A DNA stretch of 64,000 nt, from NCBI GenBank assembly GCA_026225415.1, contig JAMFSS010000002.1:25915-89914 (forward strand), given 5' to 3'. The notes beneath the pieces were generated by a model, which was given only the letters and a program-made list of their open reading frames with translations, did not search any database and had not been told where the DNA came from. This document shows, piece by piece, positions 1 to 10,016 of the stretch (position 1 is its first letter; each line of letters starts with the position of its first letter). Origin of the DNA: Alphaproteobacteria bacterium (GTDB lineage Bacteria; Pseudomonadota; Alphaproteobacteria; UBA9219). The position numbers were made by a program, and so were the translations under genes.

Positions 1-1189
1 ACTTCTCAGCCCCAAAGATAAAACAGTTATCAGCCGCGTCAGCGCCCGCGCTTTGTGGATACGCTTGCTGACCGCGCGTATTGAAACCGGCGAACCATAC
101 ATGCTGTTCGTCGATAACGTAAACCGCCATATCCCCGAACATCACAAGCTGGCCGGTCTCGAAGTCAAGATGTCCAATCTGTGCAGTGAAATCACACTGC
201 CCACTGGTTTGGATAAAGACGGTCACCAACGCACAGCGGTGTGCTGCTTGTCGTCGCTCAATCTTGAAAAATTCCTTGAATGGGAAAACCACCCGACCTT
301 TATCGAAGATTGCCTGCGCTTCCTCGATAATATCCTTGATGATTTTATCGCCCGCGCGCCCGATCACATGTCGCGCGCCAAATATTCGGCGGCGCGTGAA
401 CGTTCGGTCGGCCTTGGCGTTATGGGGATGCACAGCTTTTTCCAATCGCAAAATGTGCCTATCGAAAGCGTTATGGCCAAGGTTTGGAACAAGCGTATGT
501 TCCGCCATATCAAGGCGCAGGCCGATGAAGCCTCGGTCAAGCTGGCGCATGAACGCGGCGCGTGTCCCGATGCCGAGGATTACGGTATTATGGAACGCTT
601 CTCGAACAAGATTGCGATTGCGCCAACCGCATCGATCTCAATCATTTGCGGCGGCGCAAGCCCCGGTATCGAACCCACCACGGCCAATTCCTATTTGCAC
701 AAAACCCTGTCGGGCAGCTTTGCGGTACGCAATGAATATCTCGCCAAGATTTTGGAAAAATACGGCAAGAATAACGAAGACACATGGAGTAGCATCACGC
801 AGCATGAAGGCTCGGTTCAGCATCTCGACTTCCTTGATGATCATGAAAAAATGGTCTATCGCACCGCGTTCGAACTTGACCAGCGTTGGTTGATCGAACT
901 GGCCGCTGACCGCGCGCCATTTGTTTGCCAGGCGCAAAGCCTCAACATCTTCCTGCCGGCCGATGTGCATAAGAAAGATTTGCACATGATCCATTTCACG
1001 GCATGGAAACGCGGCGTGAAGAGCCTGTATTACTGTCGCTCCAAATCCATGCAACGCGCGGAATCTGCGGCGCATGCGGCGGCTAATCCTGGCCAATCCA
1101 TGCCGGCGAATGATGATGCCGTACGCCAAATGCCGGCAGACGCGGATGCAGACGCCAACAAGTATGAAGAATGTCTGTCATGCCAGTAA
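1..1189 (+). CDS. nrdA: class I ribonucleoside-diphosphate reductase alpha subunit, C-terminal part (5' end lies outside the window)
   Basis: Frame-2 ORF is open to the window edge. Translation carries RNR large-subunit hallmarks (…VKMSNLCSEITLPTG…) and the C-terminal cysteine pair (ECLSCQ). nrdB follows downstream. Confidence 0.85.
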   Translation, partial: LLSPKDKTVISRVSARALWIRLLTARIETGEPYMLFVDNVNRHIPEHHKLAGLEVKMSNLCSEITLPTGLDKDGHQRTAVCCLSSLNLEKFLEWENHPTFIEDCLRFLDNILDDFIARAPDHMSRAKYSAARERSVGLGVMGMHSFFQSQNVPIESVMAKVWNKRMFRHIKAQADEASVKLAHERGACPDAEDYGIMERFSNKIAIAPTASISIICGGASPGIEPTTANSYLHKTLSGSFAVRNEYLAKILEKYGKNNEDTWSSITQHEGSVQHLDFLDDHEKMVYRTAFELDQRWLIELAADRAPFVCQAQSLNIFLPADVHKKDLHMIHFTAWKRGVKSLYYCRSKSMQRAESAAHAAANPGQSMPANDDAVRQMPADADADANKYEECLSCQ

Positions 1190-1203
1190 GTGGAAAATAG
1201 ACA

Positions 1204-1521
1204 ATGTTGTTCGGTTCGGCCTCCTACAAAATGCCCTCCGGTATCGTGCAAGCGATAGAGGATGCCGTTTTGCTAGGCAATGTGCGCGAGCTTGTCGGCG
1301 TGATGGAACTGGTCAAGGATGAAGAAGATTTCCCTAAAGAATTACGTTACGGGATTGAATCCTTGCTCTATTTCCGCATGTATTACGGCAAAAATGGTGA
1401 GGTGCCGCCCGTCAATGATGCCGATAGACAAAAACGCATTCAGATGGAAATATCGTGGGGCAGGGAGCTGATCGAAAGCATCGGTCATTATCCTGATTTG
1501 ACCGAAATGAAGTATGCGTAA
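1204..1521 (+). CDS. hypothetical protein (105 aa) inserted between nrdA and nrdB
   Basis: ORF with an ATG start. No recognisable motifs. GC looks lower than the flanking nrd genes by eye. The next ORF starts 3 nt after its stop. Confidence 0.4.
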   Translation: MLFGSASYKMPSGIVQAIEDAVLLGNVRELVGVMELVKDEEDFPKELRYGIESLLYFRMYYGKNGEVPPVNDADRQKRIQMEISWGRELIESIGHYPDLTEMKYA

Positions 1522-1524
1522 GGT

Positions 1525-1716
1525 ATGATTATGAGCAAGGAATTTGATCTGGATATGAAAATTCGAGGGTTGGTTGATCTGTTTGTAAGTGGGAAAATGA
1601 GCCCGGACCAACTTAATGAACTTGATTATGCCGTTGCCGCCCGTTCGAATATGATGCGCCCCAAACGCCCAACCCCTGAACAGCGCGCTAGATTAGCTCG
1701 CCTTCTTCGTCGCTAA
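1525..1716 (+). CDS. hypothetical small protein (63 aa) with a basic C-terminus (…RLARLLRR)
   Basis: ORF starts 3 nt after the previous stop (taaggtATGATTATG), so the two are probably translationally coupled. It ends 16 nt before the nrdB start. Confidence 0.35.
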   Translation: MIMSKEFDLDMKIRGLVDLFVSGKMSPDQLNELDYAVAARSNMMRPKRPTPEQRARLARLLRR

Positions 1717-1732
1717 CTTAATAGGAAAAAAA

Positions 1733-2722
1733 ATGTCCGGCCTTCTGACCCCCAACCCCGTCTACAAACCTTTCCGTTATCCTTGGGCTTATGAATGCTG
1801 GCAGAAGCAACAGCAACTTCATTGGCTGCCCGAAGAAGTGCCGATGGCCGACGACATCAAGGATTGGAAGCAAAAGCTTACCGCTTCCGAGCGCAGCTTG
1901 CTCACCCACATCTTCCGCTTCTTCACTCAAGCCGATGTGGAGGTGAACAACTGCTATATGCAGAAATATGCGACCGTCTTTCAACCGACCGAAGTCAAAA
2001 TGATGTTGGCGGCATTCTCCAACATGGAAACCATCCATGTCGCCGCCTATTCGCATCTGCTCGACACAATCGGCATGCCCGAAGTCGAATATTCCGCTTT
2101 CCTTCGTTACAAGGAAATGAAAGACAAATACGACTTCATGCAAAATTTCAATTGCAGCAGCCCGGTCGAAATCGCCCGCACAATAGCTGTGTTTGGCGGC
2201 TTCACCGAAGGCCTGCAACTCTTCGCATCTTTCGCCATGTTGATGAACTTCCCGCGCTTCAATAAAATGAAGGGCATGGGGCAAATCGTCACCTGGTCGG
2301 TGCGCGATGAAACATTGCACACACTGTCGATGATCCGTTTGTTCCGTACTTTCATCGATGAAAATAAATTCATCTGGACGGACAGCTTCCAACGGGAACT
2401 CTATCTGGCCTGCGACACCATTATCGATCACGAAGACGCCTTTATCGATCTGGCGTTCGAATTGGGCGCGGTCGAAGGCCTGAGCGCTGATGAAGTGAAA
2501 TCCTACATCCGCTACATAGCGGATCGCCGCCTGACCCAACTTGGCCTGCAACCCATTTACAAGGTCGCGAAAAATCCGTTGCCCTGGATGGATGATATGC
2601 TGAACGGGGCAGAACATGCAAATTTCTTTGAAGCCCGCGCGACAGAATACAGCCGCGCCGCAACCCAAGGCTCATGGGAAGACGCATTCTCGTCGTTCAT
2701 CACAACGGATGCCGCAGAATAA
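1733..2722 (+). CDS. nrdB: class I ribonucleoside-diphosphate reductase beta subunit
   Basis: 329-aa translation is of the ferritin-like R2 family (…FRFFTQADVEVNNCYM…, with E/H iron-ligand spacing). It sits downstream of nrdA. Confidence 0.85.
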   Translation: MSGLLTPNPVYKPFRYPWAYECWQKQQQLHWLPEEVPMADDIKDWKQKLTASERSLLTHIFRFFTQADVEVNNCYMQKYATVFQPTEVKMMLAAFSNMETIHVAAYSHLLDTIGMPEVEYSAFLRYKEMKDKYDFMQNFNCSSPVEIARTIAVFGGFTEGLQLFASFAMLMNFPRFNKMKGMGQIVTWSVRDETLHTLSMIRLFRTFIDENKFIWTDSFQRELYLACDTIIDHEDAFIDLAFELGAVEGLSADEVKSYIRYIADRRLTQLGLQPIYKVAKNPLPWMDDMLNGAEHANFFEARATEYSRAATQGSWEDAFSSFITTDAAE

Positions 2723-3027
2723 GTTAGGGATTTTGAACGCGGTCACGAAAACGGGCACAAAAACTTTCTAAAGAAAGGGTCCGTTGCTCGGCCGCGGAAG
2801 CCGCATAATGGCCGCGCAATAATGTGGCATTAAAACGGACATGCGGAATTCCCATGCGGTCTTGCCCAACTTCGACAATTTCCGCTGTTTCGGTCATGGA
2901 TCCACTAACGATGCGCTTGAAAACCGCGCCTTCTTCGATGCCCATTGGGGTTTTTTGAAAATTCTGAATCATAATAAAATCCGGTAATGTTTCAGAAACA
3001 AAACAATCGGCTATAATCCATAAAAAA

Positions 3028-4104
3028 TCAAGATTTATAGAGCCTCCCGCCGGTTAAAGCATAAGGAACACCTGTGGTTGTAGGCAAACTTAACGGCAAT
3101 CCTAATAATGACCGAACCGCCAGCCATGCGAAAGCCTCGGCTTCCAGCCCATCACCACTCCACCCCAACTCATCAACCGAATGAACCGACAATCCTGTCA
3201 CATCACCAATCCACCGCATAAGGGTGGTGTTGTGCCGCCCGCCGCCCGCCACATAAATGGCAGACGATCTTTGCGGCAAAAAGGGCAGGGCAGCAGCCAC
3301 AGCCCGCGCCGTCAACATGGTTAATGTCGCGGTACCATCGGCGGCGTTCAAATGTTCGGGCACATATTTTTTTAACTCATCGCGATCAAGCGATTTGGGC
3401 GGCACGCGCCGGAAAAACTCAATCGCCAAAGCGTGCATGACCGCATCCTCGTCAACTTCGCCGGCGGCTGCCAACAACCCGTCCTTGTCAAACGGGTGCC
3501 CCGTATGGCGCAACACCCAATCATCAATTAATGCATTGCCGGTGCCGACATCAAACGCGAGAATATCTTCGTTATCTACATAAGTTACATTCGATACACC
3601 GCCAATATTCAAAATCAAAATCGGTTTGGCCAAAGACGCCACTAATGCCTGATGATAAAGCGGCACCAACGGCGCGCCGTTACCGCCCGCCAAAACATCG
3701 GCGCTGCGAAAATCATTGATAACATCGATGCCGGTCATCATCGCCAGTTTCGCGCCATCACCGATCTGTATCGTCAATTTTCGTTCGGGGCGGTGATACA
3801 AAGTCTGCCCGTGGAACCCAATCAAATCTGGTTTCATCCCCACTTGCGCAATCAACGCATGGCAAATATCGGCATGAAGTTCGGTTAATTCCGCCTCGAA
3901 CGCGGCCACTTCGGGGTCAGCCGCGCCTTGCTCATTACCCAGATGCAACCGCAATTTGGCGCGAAAATCGGCGCTGTAAGGGTTGGCCAAAAACCCCAAA
4001 ACACGCACAAAATCATGCCCATCGGTTTCAATCATGGCGGCATCGATACCGTCGATCGATGTGCCGCTCATCAGGCCAAGCGAGGTGTAAAGTTTGGGCT
4101 TCAT
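3028..4104 (-). CDS. anmK: anhydro-N-acetylmuramic acid kinase
   Basis: N-terminal [26 protein letters not shown] motif is typical of AnmK. The start is taken at the internal Met (MKPKLY) rather than the ORF-track start. Confidence 0.8.
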   Translation of the reverse strand: MKPKLYTSLGLMSGTSIDGIDAAMIETDGHDFVRVLGFLANPYSADFRAKLRLHLGNEQGAADPEVAAFEAELTELHADICHALIAQVGMKPDLIGFHGQTLYHRPERKLTIQIGDGAKLAMMTGIDVINDFRSADVLAGGNGAPLVPLYHQALVASLAKPILILNIGGVSNVTYVDNEDILAFDVGTGNALIDDWVLRHTGHPFDKDGLLAAAGEVDEDAVMHALAIEFFRRVPPKSLDRDELKKYVPEHLNAADGTATLTMLTARAVAAALPFLPQRSSAIYVAGGGRHNTTLMRWIGDVTGLSVHSVDELGWSGDGLEAEAFAWLAVRSLLGLPLSLPTTTGVPYALTGGRLYKS

Positions 4105-4161
4105 GTCAGGCAAACTGTTAGATACAATAGATTCTGCATTATAACATACGAGTTCCAACTA

Positions 4162-5415
4162 ATGACACAAACATTCAAATCCGACTTTCTCCGCGTTATG
4201 AGCGAACGTGGTCATGTCAACCAATGCACCGATCTGGCCGCTTTGGATGAACAGGCAACCAAAGCCGTGATTTCTGGCTATGTTGGCTATGATGCTACGG
4301 CCAAAAGCCTGCATATCGGCAATCTGGCCACCATTATGATGCTGCGCCGCTTGCAGCAAACGGGGCACCGGCCAATTGTTTTGATGGGCGGCGGCACGAC
4401 CAAGGTGGGCGACCCTTCCGATAAAAACGAGGCGCGCCCGATGCGCACCCATGAAGAAATTAACGAAAATATCGACAGCATCAAAACTGTGTTCAGCAAT
4501 TTCCTGAAATTCGGCAATGGCGCAACCGATGCCATCATGGTCAACAATGCCGATTGGTTGGATAAGCTCGAATACATCCCGTTCCTCCGCGATGTGGGGC
4601 AACATTTCACCATCAATCGCATGATTACTTTCGATTTCGTGCGCCGCCGTCTTGAAAAAGAACAACCGCTGACCTTCCTCGAACTCAATTACATGATTAT
4701 GCAGGCCTATGATTTTGCCGAGCTAAACCAACGCAATAACTGCATCCTGCAGATGGGCGGCTCCGACCAATGGGGGAATATCGTCTGTGGCACAGAGCTG
4801 GGAAGAAAATGGAAAAAGGCCAGCCTGTATGGACTGACAACACCGCTCATCACCACGGCCTCGGGCGTGAAAATGGGCAAGACGGTTAGTGGCGCTTTGT
4901 GGCTCAAGAAAGAACTTTTGTCTTCCTATGATTATTGGCAATTCTGGCGCAATACCGAAGATGCTGATGTCGGGCGCTTCCTTAAACTATTCACCGATTT
5001 GCCCTTGAATGAAATCACGCGTCTGGAAAATCTGAAAGACACCGAAATCAACGAAGCCAAAAAGATTTTGGCGTTCGAAGCCACTCAACTGGCGCATGGC
5101 CGCGATGCGGCACAAAGCGCGGCGGATACAGCCAAAGCAACCTTTGAAGGTGGCGGCGGCGGCGGTGATTTACCGGTGTTTGAAATATCCAGCGAAGCAG
5201 TTCTTGTTATTGTTATCATGATTGCCTTGGGCTTGGCCGCATCGAAAGGCGAAGCCAAACGTCTTATCGAACAAGGTGGAGTGAAGCTTAATGATCAGCC
5301 AGTTACAACGCTGGATAAAACCATCAGTGCAACAGACGTACAAAGCAGCCCAAATGGCGCGGCGCGCCTAAGCGTGGGCAAAAAGAAGCACGCCTTGATC
5401 AAGTTGGTTGCATAG
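4162..5415 (+). CDS. tyrS: tyrosine--tRNA ligase
   Basis: HIGN variant of the HIGH motif, KMGKT variant of KMSKS, and a C-terminal S4-like domain. The start is taken at [10 protein letters not shown]. Divergent from anmK across a 57-bp spacer. Confidence 0.85.
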   Translation: MTQTFKSDFLRVMSERGHVNQCTDLAALDEQATKAVISGYVGYDATAKSLHIGNLATIMMLRRLQQTGHRPIVLMGGGTTKVGDPSDKNEARPMRTHEEINENIDSIKTVFSNFLKFGNGATDAIMVNNADWLDKLEYIPFLRDVGQHFTINRMITFDFVRRRLEKEQPLTFLELNYMIMQAYDFAELNQRNNCILQMGGSDQWGNIVCGTELGRKWKKASLYGLTTPLITTASGVKMGKTVSGALWLKKELLSSYDYWQFWRNTEDADVGRFLKLFTDLPLNEITRLENLKDTEINEAKKILAFEATQLAHGRDAAQSAADTAKATFEGGGGGGDLPVFEISSEAVLVIVIMIALGLAASKGEAKRLIEQGGVKLNDQPVTTLDKTISATDVQSSPNGAARLSVGKKKHALIKLVA

Positions 5416-5437
5416 AAAAGAAGTGTAAATGTAAAAA

Positions 5438-5524
5438 AGGTCTTCCTCTCCCTATGGGAGAGGAAGCAAAAACTTAGGCTTGCCCTTCTTGGCAAGTCTT
5501 AGTTTTTTGCAGGTGAGGGGTAAC
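5438..5524. repeat. intergenic hairpin repeat, copy 1
   Basis: Has a first palindrome (CTCTCCCTATGGGAGAGGA), then AAGCAAAAACTTAGGCTTGCC-loop-GGCAAGTCTTAGTTTTTTGCAGGTGAGGGGTAAC. The conserved 3' core …TTTTTGCAGGTGAGGGG recurs at four other sites in this window. Confidence 0.7.
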
Positions 5525-5541
5525 AACGATCGCCGTGATAG

Positions 5542-7446
5542 CTATTGCTTTAAAAATTCTTCCAACGCCGGCTTGTTGATTTCATAAAGCAAATAAGTCC
5601 CCCGCAAATGCGGATGGATAGGGCGTAACCACGGCACATAACCGTGGTTTTGCAAACGCTCGAACATCATCGGCTGTTCGCCGGGCAACAAAGGCGGCGC
5701 GGTGACAGGCATGGGGCACAGCACAACCAGATCGATGTTATGCCGCCGGGCAATATCGGCGGCATCATGCAAATCTTGGGTGCCGTAAAAACGTTCATTC
5801 TCGATAAATTTATCGCCCGATGGATACAGATTTAAAAAATCTATTTTCAGATGCGTGTAATACAACAACCGCGTTGAATCGTTGCCCTGCGCCATCACGC
5901 GCGTGTCATTACCGTAATTACTGTTCAAATATTCCGCCAAAGCCAGCGGATTGCATGTTTCCGGCATCGATTGCCGCAGGGCAGGGAAGGCCAACACCCG
6001 TTTCCATGTCATGAAAGGCGAACCCATCGCGGGAAACACCAGCAACCATAAGGGGCTAAGGAAAAAGAAAACAACCGGCATTAAAAAAATATGCTGGCGT
6101 TTTATCTTCGTCCCAATTTTTTGCGCCACCCATAATTGCCACGCGCAAGCATCAAGCGCGGCATGATGATAAAAGCGAGAGATATATTCGGCGCATCCCG
6201 CAGTTGCCAAACTAAAACCCAGATAGGCAAAATTTAATGCGCGGCGGCGGCGCGCCCCCGGCATGCGACATGCCCAAATGCCACCTGCAACCGCGATAAC
6301 CAAAGGCATCGATAAACAGACAAAATCGAACACACCATGGGCAACGCGCCACAAAGGTTGCGCTTCGGCATGTTCACGGAAAACCATCATGCGTTCTTGC
6401 GGCGACAATCCCACGGCGGGGCCATTGATAATTTGCGGAAAACAAAACAACATAACGCCGCCTATAACAAAACCAGTCAGGCAGAGCAGGGCGAGTTGAT
6501 GCGGTTTTTCCCGAACCCGACACAAAACTTGATATTCCACAAATAAAAATAATGCGGCACAGCCGACAAAGATTGCGCCCAACACAGAAGGCTCAACAAA
6601 TGAAATATCAAGCCAATGCGCCGGCGGTTGATGCAACGGCAACAACAATAAACTGCCCACTGCGCCTATCCCTATGCCGCGACTAACTCTATAAATAAAT
6701 TGTGGCAGTTCAAAATACCACGCCACAAATCCCGCGCACAAAACCGCAATGGCAATAAGGGGAAGCGCTTCGATACCAACGGCCAATAGCAACGCCGCAA
6801 CCATGCCAATCACGACAGAAGTATTTTTGCCCAAAACCGCGCGCCCAATCGCGCCATATAAAAACAGGCAAAGAATTATGTAATAAGGATGATGGCTGGC
6901 CTCGCCCGCGTGAAAACCGGCAATAGAAAAATCCTTATAATTTAAAACTGTCGTAAAACTCACGAACAGAATAATCAACCACGCGTTTTTCTTGCCCACC
7001 AAGGGGCGAGCAAAATAACACGCCGCACCAAACAAAATGCCCAATTCGGCAAAAGGCACAATAATCGATGCCACCAGCGCCGCATGGGCTTGGTCTGTAA
7101 CAAGCTGAGCAAGCCAAACCACAGCGGCAATCGGCATATCAACCAGCCGCGACCAGATAGTCGTAAATCCATCCGGCTCATTCACGCGGGTTATCAGCCG
7201 GTCATACCAACCGGCGCCATTCAGCCAATTCAAAACCTGAACCATCCGCACATGATCGTCATAACCGATCAAATATCCATTAAGCGGCCCGGACACGGAA
7301 ACAGTCAAACAGCATATCAAGGCATAGAGCCATACGGCCACCGGCACGCCGCGATAGGGCGGTGTAAACAATGCGCGGCGGCACCATGTTAAAATCATCT
7401 GTGGTCTGTGTGGTGTTTGTGTATCGGTATGTTGATTCCGTCGCAC
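5542..7446 (-). CDS. polytopic membrane protein, putative GT-C fold glycosyltransferase
   Basis: 634 aa with many hydrophobic segments and a hydrophilic C-terminal domain. No family assigned from sequence. The true start may be an internal Met (MILTW…). Confidence 0.4.
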   Translation of the reverse strand: MRRNQHTDTQTPHRPQMILTWCRRALFTPPYRGVPVAVWLYALICCLTVSVSGPLNGYLIGYDDHVRMVQVLNWLNGAGWYDRLITRVNEPDGFTTIWSRLVDMPIAAVVWLAQLVTDQAHAALVASIIVPFAELGILFGAACYFARPLVGKKNAWLIILFVSFTTVLNYKDFSIAGFHAGEASHHPYYIILCLFLYGAIGRAVLGKNTSVVIGMVAALLLAVGIEALPLIAIAVLCAGFVAWYFELPQFIYRVSRGIGIGAVGSLLLLPLHQPPAHWLDISFVEPSVLGAIFVGCAALFLFVEYQVLCRVREKPHQLALLCLTGFVIGGVMLFCFPQIINGPAVGLSPQERMMVFREHAEAQPLWRVAHGVFDFVCLSMPLVIAVAGGIWACRMPGARRRRALNFAYLGFSLATAGCAEYISRFYHHAALDACAWQLWVAQKIGTKIKRQHIFLMPVVFFFLSPLWLLVFPAMGSPFMTWKRVLAFPALRQSMPETCNPLALAEYLNSNYGNDTRVMAQGNDSTRLLYYTHLKIDFLNLYPSGDKFIENERFYGTQDLHDAADIARRHNIDLVVLCPMPVTAPPLLPGEQPMMFERLQNHGYVPWLRPIHPHLRGTYLLYEINKPALEEFLKQ

Positions 7447-7614
7447 AGATTAATCCAAAACACGCCGCAAGGATAAGGCGATCTATTTTGTTTGTGCCGG
7501 TTAATCAGCCATTTAAGGCTAGGGCTTCCTCGCCCCATAAGTCGCATAAGATATATTATGTTAAATGAGGTGTAAAAGTGAGCAGCCACAATTTCATAGC
7601 TTCCTGCGCCCGGC

Positions 7615-9258
7615 TTAGTTGGCAGACTTCTTCTCATGCGCATTACCCTCATAATGCTCAAACCCGCCGCGCAAATCTTTCACAATCGCCAATGGCACGC
7701 CCATACGTTCGACGCGGATAACTTCCTTGCCCGGTCGCATGTCCTGGCACAGCCACCGCGTGGTCGAGAGGAAGAATTCGGCGGGCTCGTTCGCCACCAC
7801 AGGCTCATAATCCGGTGGCAGATAAATCATGGCCGAGTCCCACGGGCCGCAAATGGCAATCTTGTAAATCTTGCCCGCCGGAACGCCGCCTTCACCGGCA
7901 ACCAGATTCTGGATATCCTGCGCAGCTTCCTTGAATGACGACCCCCAATAATCGGACTCATACCGGCCATAGGCACCGCGCACGCCACCGGCGAAAGAAT
8001 TGGCATAGATATACTCGTATGGATGCAGCTGCGTCATAATCGAAATTTGGGTCACAGAAAACAATCCCATCACCAGCATAAGCGATCCGGCGATCGCGCG
8101 CCGCGAGGATCTCTGGTCGAATTGGGACACGCACCACACAAAACCGGCACGCGCCGCCAAAGCCGCCACCACGCATGCCAGCGGCACCGCGAACAGAAAA
8201 TGCCGCACAGCATCATACAAAGCCGGATGCCGTATCATGGCATAAATAATGGGGAACCCGACCATCAACAGTATCAAACTAAAAGTCTGCGCCTGAGGCC
8301 GGTTAAAATGCCGCCAGATTTTCGGCAAAAAGAGTAACGACGTGCCGAGCAGGAACAATAAAAATTCCGGTAATTGAATCCCGAAATAAAGCGGGACGTA
8401 ATACCACGGCAATTGGGTGGAAAGATAAGATTTCCCATCCAGCATCACTTCGACCACTTGCGGAAAATTGCTGAACTCGCCCAAGGCGCGCAACGGGTTC
8501 ATAATCGGGTGCTGCTGCGCCCAAGGCCAACAAAACAACATCACGCCATAGGCAATCACGGCAACCGGCAACATAACGCGTTCGGCGCGCAAAAAGATAT
8601 CCCGTACCACGGCTTGGGCTGTCACCGCATCACGCCGATGCCACAACGGCAATAAAGCGACAATCCCCATGGGTGCAAGCCAGAACGCGAAAATCATCGC
8701 TCCCCCTACCCTGATACCCAAAGTCAGTCCCAGAATAACGCCCAGTTTCACAAGCGTGGGCACCCCCATCTTGGCATAGCTGCGCCCCATATAATAAATC
8801 GTCCAGATAATGCCTGCGGCAAACGGAATATCTTTCGGGTTGTTAAACATGTGGCCGTAAAACATCGGCGTGGTCACGCATAATATCAACGCCATCAAAC
8901 CAACGGCACCGCCACCCAAAAAACGCCCCAACCGCCAGGTGCCCCATAAACCGAACAAACCAAAAACCGCGTTCAATAAATGGCGCGTGTCGTAAACGCG
9001 GAATGGCGTGTAATGATCGACAACGGCGGCCAACCCGTCAAACATACCACCATACAAATACAAATTAAAAATTTCGGCAAAGCGCATATCCTTAAAGCCG
9101 GATGCGTAATAATCCGCCACCGCCTGCCCATATTGGCTTTGCAATTCTTCATCCCATGTCACGCCGTAATCCAGAAACGTGAAACAGATCAACGCAAACA
9201 CAATGCCCAAAACGGCCCATGCACCATAACGATAAAATTTCGGATTGCGTGTTAACAT
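7615..9258 (-). CDS. polytopic membrane protein, ArnT/PMT-like GT-C glycosyltransferase family
   Basis: 547 aa. The first extracytoplasmic loop has a W-D-E-E…Y motif resembling the DE…RYA motif of undecaprenyl-phosphate-sugar dependent transferases. Its start overlaps the stop of the upstream MBL hydrolase by 7 nt. Confidence 0.45.
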   Translation of the reverse strand: MLTRNPKFYRYGAWAVLGIVFALICFTFLDYGVTWDEELQSQYGQAVADYYASGFKDMRFAEIFNLYLYGGMFDGLAAVVDHYTPFRVYDTRHLLNAVFGLFGLWGTWRLGRFLGGGAVGLMALILCVTTPMFYGHMFNNPKDIPFAAGIIWTIYYMGRSYAKMGVPTLVKLGVILGLTLGIRVGGAMIFAFWLAPMGIVALLPLWHRRDAVTAQAVVRDIFLRAERVMLPVAVIAYGVMLFCWPWAQQHPIMNPLRALGEFSNFPQVVEVMLDGKSYLSTQLPWYYVPLYFGIQLPEFLLFLLGTSLLFLPKIWRHFNRPQAQTFSLILLMVGFPIIYAMIRHPALYDAVRHFLFAVPLACVVAALAARAGFVWCVSQFDQRSSRRAIAGSLMLVMGLFSVTQISIMTQLHPYEYIYANSFAGGVRGAYGRYESDYWGSSFKEAAQDIQNLVAGEGGVPAGKIYKIAICGPWDSAMIYLPPDYEPVVANEPAEFFLSTTRWLCQDMRPGKEVIRVERMGVPLAIVKDLRGGFEHYEGNAHEKKSAN

Positions 9259-10016
9259 TCAATAACCATCCCATCGTAACAAGGGCGAATATGCGCGGGC
9301 AATTTTGCCACCAAACTGTCGTAATCCATCGTGTGATTCATATGTGTTAAAAAGGCCTGCTCAGGTTTCACGCGCTCAATCCATTCCAATGTTCGCGCCA
9401 GATGCGCGTGGGTCGGGTGCGGTTCTTCGCGCACGCAATCAACTACCCATGTCTTAATACCTGCCAAAGCAGCAAAACCCGCTTCGTCAAACGCGCCGAC
9501 ATCGGTCGAATAGGCAAAATCTCCAAAACGGAATCCCATCGTTATTTCCGCCCCATGCTGTTGTTGAAACGGCAAGATATGCACAGCGCCGACTGTAAAA
9601 GCCCCGTCAATGATATGCGGCGCAATCGAAGGTCTGTAAAATTGTCCCGGCTTGCCCACACTCTTAAAAACATAATCAAATCTCGTTTTTAATTTACTCA
9701 TCGTATGCGCATCGGCATAAATATCGGTCGGCTTGTTGGTCAGCCAATTAATACTGCGCAGTTCGTCAATGCCATGACAATGATCGGCATGTGCATGCGT
9801 ATACAAAACGGCATCCAGTTTCTGCAGATTGCACGCCAATAATTGCTCCCGCATATCGGGCGACGTATCGACCAAAACAACGGTATCGTCTTGCTCCACC
9901 AGTATCGAAACGCGGGTACGGCGATTGCGCGGATTCTTCGGGTCGCACGCGCCCCACACATTGCCTATTAACGGAACGCCCGACGATGACCCACAACCAA
10001 GAACGGTAATTTTCAT
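9252..10016 (-). CDS. MBL-fold metallo-hydrolase
   Basis: HAHADHCHGIDEL metal-binding motif. The start is taken at MKITVLGCGSS, immediately after the tatD stop. Confidence 0.7.
   Translation of the reverse strand: MKITVLGCGSSSGVPLIGNVWGACDPKNPRNRRTRVSILVEQDDTVVLVDTSPDMREQLLACNLQKLDAVLYTHAHADHCHGIDELRSINWLTNKPTDIYADAHTMSKLKTRFDYVFKSVGKPGQFYRPSIAPHIIDGAFTVGAVHILPFQQQHGAEITMGFRFGDFAYSTDVGAFDEAGFAALAGIKTWVVDCVREEPHPTHAHLARTLEWIERVKPEQAFLTHMNHTMDYDSLVAKLPAHIRPCYDGMVIEC

Noticed and set aside
5295-5495. Small ORFs overlapping the hairpin repeats (5295..5495, 37016..37297, 37942..38226, 38059..38274)
   Set aside because: They run through the repeat elements and their sequence is dictated by the palindromes. 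The same pseudo-peptide recurs at each copy.
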